Source of the DNA: Trichinella spiralis
Lineage: Eukaryota
Direction of reading: 5' to 3'
Length of the DNA stretch: 64,000 nt
NCBI RefSeq assembly: GCF_000181795.1
Contig: NW_003526943.1
Span: 5,945,806-6,009,805 of the forward strand
The notes under the pieces are model-generated. The model made no database searches. It saw only the letters and a list, made by a program, of their open reading frames with translations, and was not told the origin of the DNA. Shown here one piece after another: positions 24,731-41,457 of the stretch. The translations under genes were made by a program, and so were the position numbers. Positions within the stretch are counted from its first letter, which is position 1, and every line of letters begins with the position of its first letter.

Positions 24731-25399
24731 ACTGGACTTTTATGCCTGATACTGGACCTTTTTTGTATGTGTTTCAGTTTGGTGTGTTATTGATGAAGAT
24801 AAAAAGGAACGTTGTACTTTCATTGAAGTTTTATAATGCATCAACATTTTTCGTTTATATTAAATTGTAAAACTTGCTATGAAAATTATTGAACTAAGTG
24901 TGCATGTACTAATATAATAATAAATATATTTTGAATATATTTGCCTTATTTGGAATGCGCCTTTCGAGCCAAACAGTCTGCAAAGGGGGGAACGACGTTT
25001 TGACAAACGGTGTAAAGGGTGTATGGGGAAAAATGTGAGAACCACTGTGGTCAGAGGAATGAAGCGGATCGCAGTTAAACACATGCTGTCCGCTACTGAC
25101 GGAAATGTACATGTATTTCACTATTGAGACGATGGAGCTGGCATCATGCTACCGGAAAATTGTAGGAATATCGCTTTGCAAATATTGCTGCTCCTCTATA
25201 TCGACTCCAGAAAAATGATGTTGACTCGAACTGATCAGAGACGTGCCAGTCAGCATTTGCTTCACTGAAGAAATCACTGATCACTATCTTAATCTTAGCT
25301 TACTTTCACTTCCGACAGAAATTAAAAGTCGGCAGGGATACAAGTGATGGCGAGTTTGGTACACTCCTGAAACACAATGTGGATGGAAAGTAAAAGGCA

Positions 25400-26155
25400 A
25401 TAATGCATGGCAGTTGGACAATAAGGCTGAACACCGTTACTGCGCTACAAAACGAGAAATGCTCAATTTATTCTGGGCACTACGCGAATTTTACCCATAC
25501 TTATATTGCGGACTTTTCCTTGAGAGCAGACCACAGCTGGTTTCTTACGCTGCTTCTGAAATTGTGAAGAGTCAGAGAGACGGGACGCACGATGGTTAGA
25601 AAGTTTAGCTGAGCTGGAATTAAATACTGAGCATCGACTAGTTTGAATTTATGGGTATGCAGATGCATTATCTAGAAAGGATTGTCAACAATGCAGGAAG
25701 CACTCAACTCAGGCAGATTAGATATCTGCGTCATTTTGCACCAATCAACCATGTGTAGAGATACAGGTCTAGACAAAAATCAAGACAATTCAAATGGAAA
25801 AGTGATACCAAAACAAGCATCAGATGCGGAAATTCAGTTGCTGAAGAATTCAATGTAAAACGAAAGTTGGTCCCTATATTGTCCCGTAGCCAGTAGCCGT
25901 AAAATGCACATTCTGTGGTAACATATAGGAAATTTGGCAATAGATAACGGCCTTTTGCTCTGCCATAGGAAGGTTTTAATGAAAGGAGAAAATAGAGCAC
26001 AGATCTGAATACCAAGATCATTTCGATCAGAAGTACCTTGCTCTTTGCTTCATAGAACACCTACCCAGACCATTTTGGAGAGAAAAGACTGCTGGCCCGA
26101 GTAAGAAGCCGCTTTTACTAATCTGGCCTCAATAATGATGTGAAGGTATTGGGGT
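25400..26155 (+). pseudogene. Degenerate Gypsy/Ty3 pol remnant (RNase H and integrase Zn-binding region)
   Basis: AEHRYCATKREMLNLFWALREFYPYLY, RWLESLAELEL and ADALSRKDCQQC are RNase H-like. HFGEKRLLARVRSRFY*SGLNNDVK at 26071-26150 is integrase H2C2-like. There are multiple stops and frameshifts. Confidence 0.8.
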
Positions 26156-27019
26156 ATGAGGAAAATTATGCAAATATTAAATACATTTAAATAATTTTTA
26201 ATATGGTAGCAATGTTTAATATTTGTTAAACTGTTTTTGGCATTTTGGGAAGTGCTTTTCTGCAACGTTTCATATTTATCCTGCAATCATTTATCATTCA
26301 GGTATCTTTAAGTCTATTTGGAGGGCTCATTTTATTTTCTGCTTATTTTTGGCTTTGAAACTGAAAGTTTATGAAATCATAGCAATGCCCATTAGTAATT
26401 TGCTTAATCAATGCTTGCAAATTTTCAGATGAAAAACGGCTCTTAATTCTTTAGTATACTGAAAAGTAGAAATAAGTTTCACATACAATCTTGACCTGTT
26501 CATTATATTTTTAGCTTATGTATAGAACGTTTCAAGACTGCACCTTTCTCTTTGTTTTATCATTGACATTTACTTCAAAATAATCTAAAGATAACGTTCA
26601 TCAAACCTTTTGTTCCGGTTTCGGTCAGTGCAAACACTTTGTCGCCCATGATGTTGACAACGTTAGATACATTCTCAAAGAGAATACGAAGATTTATTTA
26701 CAAATGTTTCCATTATTAAAATGTAGCATTCTACAAACCATTTCTTGAAACACAGATATGTGCATATAATTAAATATATATACATATGCATAGATGATAC
26801 GGATAATTTTGAATTTTATTTGAATATTAAAATTTTCCCTTTTTTAAAATAATAAGTGAACTTTAATTATTTGCAATAAAATAATACATAAAAATATTTG
26901 CTCATAAACAGTTCAATTTGTGCAATTTATAATTAAATTTAATCGGTTAAACAAAGCATGGAATGACTAGAAATTATTGAGATGCTTTATAACATTCCTG
27001 ATTCACAACGTGCTGCTGA

Positions 27020-28459
27020 TCAATTTGCCACAAACTGCAAATTGTCAGCATATTGTCGCAATTGTTTAGTGTCATTCTGACGATGACACAGTCCAGCTAA
27101 ACAATCATATTCTTTTGGACATTCACTGCAGGGACCATTTTTCGAACGACGAAAAGCTGGATAGCCGACAAGAGATCCGTTGACAAAGTGGACCCAGTTG
27201 CCGCTGGGCCAGTAATGACAAACGAGGATAAATTTATGTCCAGGAGCATTGTGAATTCTGTTGCAATAGCTAAGTCCACAGCCGAGCAATTCTGATTCAG
27301 CCCATACCACCTAGTAATATTTCACATGCTCAAAATTCAACGGAAATTATTATACTACATTTGCTAAAACCATAATTTTATTACATTAATTTCTAAAAGT
27401 AATATATTTTAATTTTATTTGAAAATGAATTTTCAATTATTCATAAACTGCACGCAAATAGTGCCGTATTTTACACACTTATTTATATACATATTACAAA
27501 TGATGAAATTACTTGAGTGTAATGACCGCAACAAGCTTTGAAATAATTTGTGCATCCACAGCGTCGATTGAATATTTCACTAAACCAAAGCTTGACAGAG
27601 TCACTTATATCTGAAAAAGGAGCTGCCCAGATATTTTCTCCTGTATGTGTTCTGTCTTTGCTATGCTGAAAGGTGCAACGATTTGCGTGTCTCTGAGCTT
27701 GAAATGCCAAGTAAGAATTCCACTTCAGCATACGCATATTGCTTGATATCATCTTAATAGGAGTTTAAAATGAATTAACTATCAGCATGAAAAAGCAACA
27801 ATAATAGATAATCAATGAAGTTTTTTAATGGCTACAGATTTTTTAGAAAATTAATGTAATGTAATGTAATGTAATTAAATTTAATTTTATTACATTATGC
27901 ATAAATGTTAACTAAAAAACATTTTCAAGTAGAAATGTTGAAAAAACTTTTTACAAAAAAGTTGTTATATACATCCAGCATGAATCATTTATCAGGATAT
28001 GCATTACAATTCTACAGTGTTATTTTCTATGATTATATATTTAATTGTTAGTGTCTATTTCAAATTCATTATTCAAGAAAGCTTTTGTTCACTATGTTAT
28101 CTTTGATATATCTTTAATAAATAAAATCAATTAGCACGTGTTGAATAAAAAATAAATCAATGAAAATTATGTAAAGGAAATTATTTTATTAAATTACAAA
28201 TAATATTTACTTTTCTTCTGTACCGATTGTGCTCATCAACTAACACTCTGGCGTTCTTTGCATCCAACGGCATGGATTGCTTCCAGGACTTGTAAAATGG
28301 ATGAAATCTATAACTTCGTTTCACTTTCAGCGGCACTGCATCCAAAGACTGATTCTGTTGCATCACACCGATGTTCTTATTTTCGTTGTAAATATCAAAA
28401 ATTACGCTGCCACATGTATTTCCAAAGTTGATTATAATAAAGATTCCAAAGAAGAGCAT
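27020..28459 (-). CDS. Secreted CAP/SCP/TAPS (venom allergen-like) protein
   Basis: Three exons (28459-28211, 27752-27513, 27310-27020). Signal peptide MLFFGIFIIINFGNTCG, then LVDEHNRYRR, NMRMLKWN, GENIW, CAP1 GHYTQ|VVWAESELLGCG and CAP2 LVCHYWPSGN, followed by a Cys-rich tail (GPCSECP...C..GLC). Confidence 0.93.
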
Positions 28460-30440
28460 GTTCAAGGGTGAAAATTTTCCAACAACAGAACACCAGTATT
28501 GGTTTGGAATTTGAAAGCAAATTTTAAAACTTCGTTAACAACTTTTAAATCTGCTTCTCCAATCATCTGTTCAAATGTTAAAACGATTTTTCAATTTAAT
28601 CTAATCTACTAGGGAGGGGTTTTCTTTGAAGGGGTTGCTAGACCACATCCAGTTTTCATTGTTCCATCTGCAATCGCATAACCTGACGACCTTTGCATAA
28701 TGTCATTCAGATCACAGACATATCTGTGTTATGTTTTTCAGAAAATGTCCTTTTTTGTAAAAAAGCAATTTCACAATGCCTGCTTGAATGTGCGGTTAAC
28801 TGAACACTTCTTTCTATCAGGATATGCAACATCAAAATGCCTGCAGAAAATCGGAAATATATTTCAAAATCTTTCATGCATTGCTGAACTGGACAACCAA
28901 GCCATGATGTCACACATCAATATATACTATTCATATTTTCATCAGAATGCAGAAAATGGGATTGGCATATGTGATAGTATCAGTTTATTCAACATTCCTG
29001 TTTCCTTCGGAACAAAATGCGCAATATTTATCATCAGCAATCAAGTTTCCCCAATTAAAAATCAAACTAAAAAATCTCATAAAAACAATATATTGCTGTT
29101 TTTATTTTGCTATTAATCTTAAGCATGATTTGTACATTTTAAAACAACTATTACTCTATTGTCATCTATTTCTACTTATTCGTAATTTATCATTCTTCTA
29201 TATCTACAGTTTTGTGTCAAAATTTACACTATCCATTGCATATTGCGTTGTTAAATGTATGAAATATTTTATTTATTATGCATCTTTTACCTTTTGTTAA
29301 CGTTATCTGCAAAATATGTACATTTTTACTTTTAATCGAAAATGAAAAATTTTCATTAACTTTAGGAAGTGAATGAACTGAATAAAAATTAATAGCATGT
29401 GCAGAGTACTGTTCACGTTATTTTTTCAACCAAACCATTGACGATTTTTTCTCTGATAATACCCACATATCAGTTGATGATTAGCAAAGTACTAGGCTCA
29501 TGAAACTTTAGCTTTTCAATTTAACACGCCAATTTCAATTTAAACAAAAACGACAATAACATTACATTTCAAAAATTACTTCAACACTTGTGTTAAAATT
29601 ACTCAAATAAGTAATGATTAGAAATTGGAAATACATAGAGAAATTTCAATTCTACATGAAGCCTTGAATTCTAAATGATATCTTTTACGAAGTTTTGAAT
29701 GTTTTTTGTTCTAGGCTTTTCGCTAATAACCTAAACAAATTAGATGAATAAGAAAACGTTAAGGTGGCAATATGTTCGGCGTTGCGCATTATGAAGCATT
29801 CAGAAAAGAATATAAACTGCTCTGATTGCTTTTACCGTCTTTTTGCGTAATGATAATAAATGTAGAGAGACAACTTTTAATAAATACTAATATTAAACTG
29901 TTGAACACTTTACATTTTCATTTAGATAATTATTACTTTATTAAAATAACTTAATTTAATTACATTAATTCTGTAAATAATACTGACGCAATGAAGAAAA
30001 CAGAAACGAAAGTTATTTACTTATGATGATATGTGATACTTATGGATTAAAGCAAAATAGTATGTCATGTACTTCATTCTGTAAAAATGATAAAGATTAT
30101 TGTATATTTATAAAAACAGTATTTTCAGTACGTTTTTTGAGATATGTAGCAAACGCTTAATATTTCTAAAATAAATATTTCCTACTTTAGAAAAACAATA
30201 ATATTTTAAAGTGTTAAAAATTTATATACTAATGACAAATACATCTTGCTTGTACAAATTAAGTTATTTTTCCTCTTAAATAAATTATGTTTTATCAGTA
30301 ATTATTTTACTTCAACAGAAAAAATGCATTTATAATTTAAGAAATTTTAATACAGTAATTATAGGTTACAGTATTTAAATATGAAGGCACATGTTTTTCT
30401 GTAGTTGGAATCTGTTTTGTTTTCATTTTTCGGCATCACC

Positions 30441-34756
<4,316 letters not shown>

Positions 34757-35650
34757 TTTTTTTCGACTCCTACTTAACAATTTTTAATTTGAATTATTAC
34801 ACTGATAATTTTTAATGTAGCGGTGATCATGTATGCGTGTGCAAATTAAGTGCATCAAAAATGGTCATTTGGTATTTTGCAGTATTTTTATTTTTCTTTT
34901 TAATGCATAAATTTTTATTTACACAACTAGGATGTCCTCTTTTTCAGATTTTATGATGAGCAGTTGCAGGAATAATAGCATTTTTACTTGTGTAATAAAG
35001 CATTGTGGATCATCATGCTGACTTTGCAATGATTTCAGCATGAAGGTATTTCATAATTCCATAATATTGTTACACTTTATAAAATTTGTGATTTAATGAA
35101 ATGCAAAATAATGATTCTAAAAATATCGAAAAAATCTTAATTCTAGTTGTGAGCATTCAAAAATGTAAGCAGTATTTATGAGAATACTAATAATGCAGGT
35201 TTGTTTAGATTCATCAGATTTGTTGTCAACGTATTGTTAAATTTTATGCTAAATTTTAAAAACGAAAATTTTCGTTAATTATACTTGAGTAAGTCTATTT
35301 ACTTGTTTAGTCAGGCATTTAATTAGAAACTTAGTATTAAATTATATTAAGGAAATAAATTACTGACCTATGAAATAAGATAGCAACAACAAATAAATGT
35401 CTGAAACAATTTGGAAAACATTAGCATGATTAACTATAACATGGCAATATTTAAATTTTGGTTAAATGGTTAAGGGTTAAATTTTTTTGATTGCGCATAT
35501 GATTAAAATCTTTGTTGTTTTCATGCTCAAATTAGAACATAACCCCACATTAACTATTTGTACTTGAATGCTTTGTACTGTATTTGATTTTAAATATTTG
35601 CAGAAAATTTTCGTTTGATCAAGAACAGCCGGTTTGTGTTTTAGTGTAAA

Positions 35651-38069
35651 ATGGAAGAACACTCTGAAGTATTTAAGCTTTTTAATTTTCATTTCTTTTT
35701 TTATTATTAAACTATTACCTTGCTGTAATTAATTTTAAAATTTTAGAAATGTTATTTTTGTAACTGCTTATTATTTATTATTTTAGGAATCTTCGACTGA
35801 AGAATCGCCTATCTTCGATAATTTACGGAATGAAACGATCAGATTTCCAGAATACATGTCAATTGAAAAGTACTTGGTGTTGTATTTCTTTTTATTTTAA
35901 GTTTATTGTTTTCATTGTAATAAACGATGCTACCAAGCAATTTTAATAATGAGAATAATTTAATTGACACCCTCGATCGCTTCAAGGAAAGTTTTATCTT
36001 TTGCGGATCGTTTGGCTTCTTTTGGCGAAAGCAATTCCGTTTTGATTTTGGGACCTAGTGGCTGTGGCAAATCTTCGGTAAGTATTATTTTTGCAGTACG
36101 CAGTAAATTGCATTATATTTAGACTGACTTTCTCTATTGCAGTTTGTTCTTAACAGACAGTCAGTGATTAACTAACACGTAGCTTGTAATGATGTCACTT
36201 TTTAGGTTGTAAGTAAGGTTATCGACCATGTAAACCGAGATTTATCCAAATCTAAATACAAAGTAGTCTGCATTCAGATAAGTGGTTAGTTTTATTTTGA
36301 TAAGTAGAATTTTCATTGAATTTGTGATTGTGATAATAAACTGTGAAAATTCAGGATTGCTTATATCGAGTGTTTCTTCTTCTCTAAAAAGCATTATTCA
36401 ACAGTTGAAGAAAAAGGTTAATGATGGATTGACGGAGGTGAGTTTTAATAATTGAGTGATGAAAAACAATTTTTATTTAACTGGAGGAATATTAACTATA
36501 ATATTTTTGTGGTTTAGATTTCTGCTGCTGAAGACGTGCAAAGTTTGATAAACACATTGATCAAATGTATATGGCGTGCGTGTATTATTCGACTGCTTTA
36601 CGAGATGATACGAATTTATTTCAGATCAGGATAGAAATCACATTGCTCTGTTAATTGTAATGGATTACTTTGAAAAATTTACATCTCAGGCAAATCACAA
36701 GCTTCTTTACAGCCTTCTCGATGTCACTCAGCATACTGTTATGCCTCTGTTACTTTTCGGCTTGTCGCAGAGAATGGTAACTTTTTAATTGCAGTTTCAG
36801 AAATTTTTTAGCTGAAGTTTCATTTTACTGAAATATTTTGATAAGTAGATTTTTTGCATTATTTCAATATCACAGCGTGTTTTTTTTGATAATTTCTAGA
36901 ATAAAAAATTGCGTTTTATTAAGCCAATATGGTAAATTTAGGATGTTATGGACTTTTTGGAAAAGCGTGTCCGGTCACGATTGTCGCAAATTCAGTTTAC
37001 ACCATTTGCGTCGATCACATTTGACCAGTATTATGAAGCGGTGAAGTCTTTTCTGTGGATTCAAAATCCAGAAAACGTGGACAAGAAGACGTTAGCTAAA
37101 TGGAGAAAATCTGTAGAAGTAATGAACAATTTATTGTATTACAATTTCAGATTTATTTCATAATGACTGTAATTTATTATTATTTCACAGTATTGTTGGA
37201 CAGTGTGTTTTTATTAAATATTTAAATTAGAAAAGAAAACATTATGTAGTTTTTTTAATAATACTACAGATATGAAATTTAGCATTTTTTGGCTAAAGAT
37301 GAAGTTCGAAAAATTTTCAAGAAGCAGTTTGAAATCAACAATACAGTTGGTGATTTGAAACTGTTGTTGGTATTCTAATTCTTGATTTGTAAAGTTGATT
37401 TTCTTTGACAGAATTATTATCTATTTAGCAATTGATTTTATCATCTCTGGACGATTGCTGCAACAACTTGTCGGATGCTTTGACGTCCGCTTGGGATTTA
37501 ATTTCTGAAAAGCACAATTATACATTGTTGCAAGGTGAAAAGCGATGCATTCATATTATTTAATTTTATTCAAAGAAAAGTACTATTGCAGGATTATCAG
37601 TGTTAGAGATGGTAATTTTGATGGGCACTGCAATACTTGAAGAAATCAACACCAACGAAGATCCTGTGAATTTTGAAATTGTTTGCAGGCGTGAGTTGAG
37701 TAACTTATTGACGAAAGAAAAATGCAAATGAAAATACCAGACATTTATTACTGCTTAGGGGTTAGACTTTTTCTGAACAAACACTGTCAAACTATTCCAC
37801 GAGACAGGAGCTACATATGGAAGGTTTTTATTATTTGTTCAATTGTTTAAATCGTGAATGTGATAATTGGAATTTGTATTCAGGCTTTCCAACGGTTGTT
37901 GGAAAGAAAAATCATCGTCATAACAGAATCAACAATTAGCAAAGGTAACAAGCCAGTTCAGTTTCAAAGTATCCGACTTCAGGTGGAACCAAACGATGTA
38001 AGAAAATTAATCAAAGAAAGTTCCGTTCCAACTGCACTTAAACATTGGGCACAATGTAGTGATTTTTGA
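35651..38069 (+). CDS. ORC4: Origin recognition complex subunit 4
   Basis: GESNSVLILGPSGCGKS (Walker A), LLIVMDYFEKF...KLLYSLLDVTQ, DVMDFLEKRVRSRLS (ORC4 arginine-finger LEKRVKSRFS motif), LQGLSVLEMVIL, NFEIV and C-terminal VPTALKHWA. The start exon MEEHSE at 35651 is inferred. Confidence 0.92.
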
Positions 38070-39236
38070 CTATTTATATGACTGCTCAGTAATTGCTTGT
38101 TATCATCTCAATTTATTAAATATGCAGTTTCATGTAATTCCCATCTATGTTTTGAGTCGAATTGTTGTGTATATTGAATATTGAAATTAAACGAGAATAT
38201 TTTGTTTGATTGGTTGGATTTATTTAATATTGAGAGCGGCGAATCAAAATTCTCATCTTGTTAAGCAAATTCTTTATGATAAATAATTTCATCTTCACGA
38301 ATACTTCAAGATATAGCTCCGCCTCAGGTTAAACTTTTTACAAAATACAGTTGAAATAGAATTGAACATGCCCTGATTTGATTTTGCCTACATCTCATAT
38401 CTCATTAGTCATATCTTTACAGCTGTGTAAGAAATTTTGAAATGATATTTTTTTTGGTTAAAAATGATTTATTATTAAAAATCAAAAATCTGTATGCATA
38501 GTCACTGCAAAATTCTGTGAAATATGTAATAGGCAGAATTTCTTGGACAACCAACCAAGACGAGTATATTGAGTCTAATCAGGGTCTACTCCCCGAGTTT
38601 ACTTCAAAGGCACGCCGCTCGACATTTCATTGGCCTTAAATTTCATTGGTTTTCATGCCATCTAAATTTCATTAGTTGTTGTTGCGATAAGTTTTATTCG
38701 TTGTCGCAAACCTAAATTTTTACTGGTTGTCATTGTAATGCGTTGCATTGTTTTTTTCAGCAATTTTGTTTGTAGAGTTTTCATGCAAATATTTTATTTA
38801 TAAAAGTGCAACAGTCTTCAGTGGTAAAATAATTTGAACAAAAAATATAAGTAAAAGTCGTAAAATCATTTTTGATGAATTTTTCACTGTGAGATTCCAT
38901 AATTGAAAAAGATCATTCATTACCCATTTGCTACCTAAAACGAATAGAAATCGATAAGTGAAAAATTTGAATAATTTCTTCAAATTCGCTTTCCAGTTTT
39001 TGATATTTTACAGAGTAATTATGCAAAACCATTTTTTACAGCACTGCTTTATGTCAGATTCATCTACTGTTTTATGCATGATTGTAAATTAGTCAAGCTG
39101 TATGACATTAAAAAATTGAACAATTCAAAATAAATGTAAAATATTAACTTATTATTAAGCATTATAGAAAGTAAAATTTAAGTAAGCAAAGCTGTACAGA
39201 AATTTATGATGACTTACTTGTGGTTCATGTGCCATT

Positions 39237-41457
39237 TTACGTGTGCTTTGGAATGAGAGTGTCATTGAACTCAGGCTGCAAGCTAAGTTCTGGTAATAAT
39301 AAAAAGTTTAAAATTTATATCACAACCTTTCTTTTATAAAGTACATGATATCTTTATAAAAAATAATTATATTTAAGCATCTTTCATTGAATTAAACAAA
39401 TAATGAATTTTATATCTGAATTATTCATACATATCAATATACATTTATTCATATATTAATAAATATATTTTACCATATTCTGTAAAATTAAACAACGGCG
39501 GCAAAGGGTAATTAGAAGGTAATTTAAAATTTGGTTGACGCAGTTCGTCAAAAACATGATGGGCACATGCTGCTAAAGGTTTGATTCTGTCATTTGGTGA
39601 ATATTTCAAAAGTCGACAGATCAAATTTATTATATTATCTGGCGTATTTGGTGGGAGCAACTGAAACAAATAATTAAAATGTATAAATCGGAACTAATTC
39701 CAAGAGCAATAAGGCATATTACCTGGCGCAACGTGGTAAGCCTTCGAACTCTGTAATCGTTTAGATTTACAAACACCTTCATGTTCATTATGTCGTTAGA
39801 AGTTGGGTAATCAAGAATCTGGAAAATTTTTATCATCTGATCTCTCGAACTTCTGCCCAAGAAAATAGGATGCCCTAAGAGCAATTCACAAAGAATACAT
39901 CCCACAGACCACAGATCTTGAAGCATGAAACATTAATTAAAGTTTTCTTTACTAAGAACGACAGCTTTTACCAACTGATGGTGTATAGGACGTTGCACCT
40001 AAACACAGTTCTGGGGCACGATAGTGGCGTGAACATATGTAAGAAATGCTTCTTTCATTTGGTTCCAGTACCTTCGCACTTCCCCAGTCGCATATTTTTA
40101 AAACGGCCGTATTTCCATTAACCAACGCATTTTCTGGTTTCAAATCTCGGTGAGCAATGTTAAAAGAATGTACATAAGCCAAAGCTCTGAGTATTTGGTA
40201 AGTAAACAGCTATTAGTAAACATCTATTCAGATTTTTTCTATGATTGAAAATTCTTTATAAAGATATTACTTTTACATACGACATGTGGAGCGGTTGACG
40301 TGTTTTTTCATGTCTTTTTATAAGCTTATATAGATCATCAGAAAAACATTCCATGACTAAGTTCAAATAAAGTATACCCTAGCAAGAATAAAAGTATATT
40401 AAATTTTCTTAGCATAATTCAGTATTGCCAAATAAAATACACATATAAAACCCTGCGTTCATTTAAATAACAATGCATTTTGCATTGTTATTTAAATAAA
40501 TTATTTTAGAATTTTAATAATAATTACAAGGTTTATCAAATTTCACCACTCGGTACTGGTGTAAATCAGTATTTGAGTAATGAATTATTTTACAAAGCAC
40601 ATTATCGAGCATTAAAATCAACATGCAAAATGCAAAAGAGATTCAAATAAAGGGAAAATACATAAAAAATAGCTGAAAACACAGTATAAATTATATGCAT
40701 ATCAGAAAATTCAATTACATTTAATTTTTTAAGAAACAGAAATTTTAGATGTAAAAAATAATCCGACGAAGGCAAGAAAACAATTCAGCAATTCAAATAT
40801 TCAACATAAAACAGCTGATTTAAAAATAAACATTATTTTATATAGATTATAATCTGTTAATAAAACTGACAGGATGTCGCCATTTTAAATAGCAAATTCC
40901 AATTGATTTTTAAAGTTCACATACAAAGAAAATAAGAAAATTATAAACAAACAGTTGAGTAACTTAGTGATGGAGAAAGCATGAAAATTATTAAGAATAT
41001 TTATTTTTCAATATTATACGGCATTGCAAACTTACTGTGCTTGTAGTTTCAAAAAAGAAGTACTTCAGTGTAACAATGTTTTGATGCTTCAGTCTTTTAA
41101 TAATATCCAATTCTCGATTCTAAAACGATTGAGTTTTTAAATAATTTTTCATCTTAAATATTATCTTATTCTCTATCTGAAACTTATTCTGTGTAAAATC
41201 TTAAATTTAAAACCTAAATATGTCAACTTTGCATGATAAAATTACATGATACATACTTTATATGAAGCATCTTGTTTGACTCTTTTTATTGCAACAGTCT
41301 CGTTTGTTTCAACAATTAAAGCAGAACATACAGTTCCAAAGGATCCTTTGCCAAGTTTCTCAATGTTGATAAATGTAGCCAAAAACGGCAAATCTTCTCC
41401 TTGATTATTCTCAGGAGGTGCCATTACACGAAAAGTAACGCCAGAATGTGGAAACAT
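39237..41457 (-). CDS. Divergent GSK-3 family Ser/Thr kinase
   Basis: [72 protein letters not shown], and the GSK-3-type tail FDELRQP...[19 protein letters not shown]. The start at 41457 is uncertain and upstream exons are possible. Confidence 0.9.

Noticed and set aside
28700..29300. ORFs of 117-138 aa upstream of the CAP gene
   Set aside because: Low-complexity AT-rich translations with no motifs or splice support.
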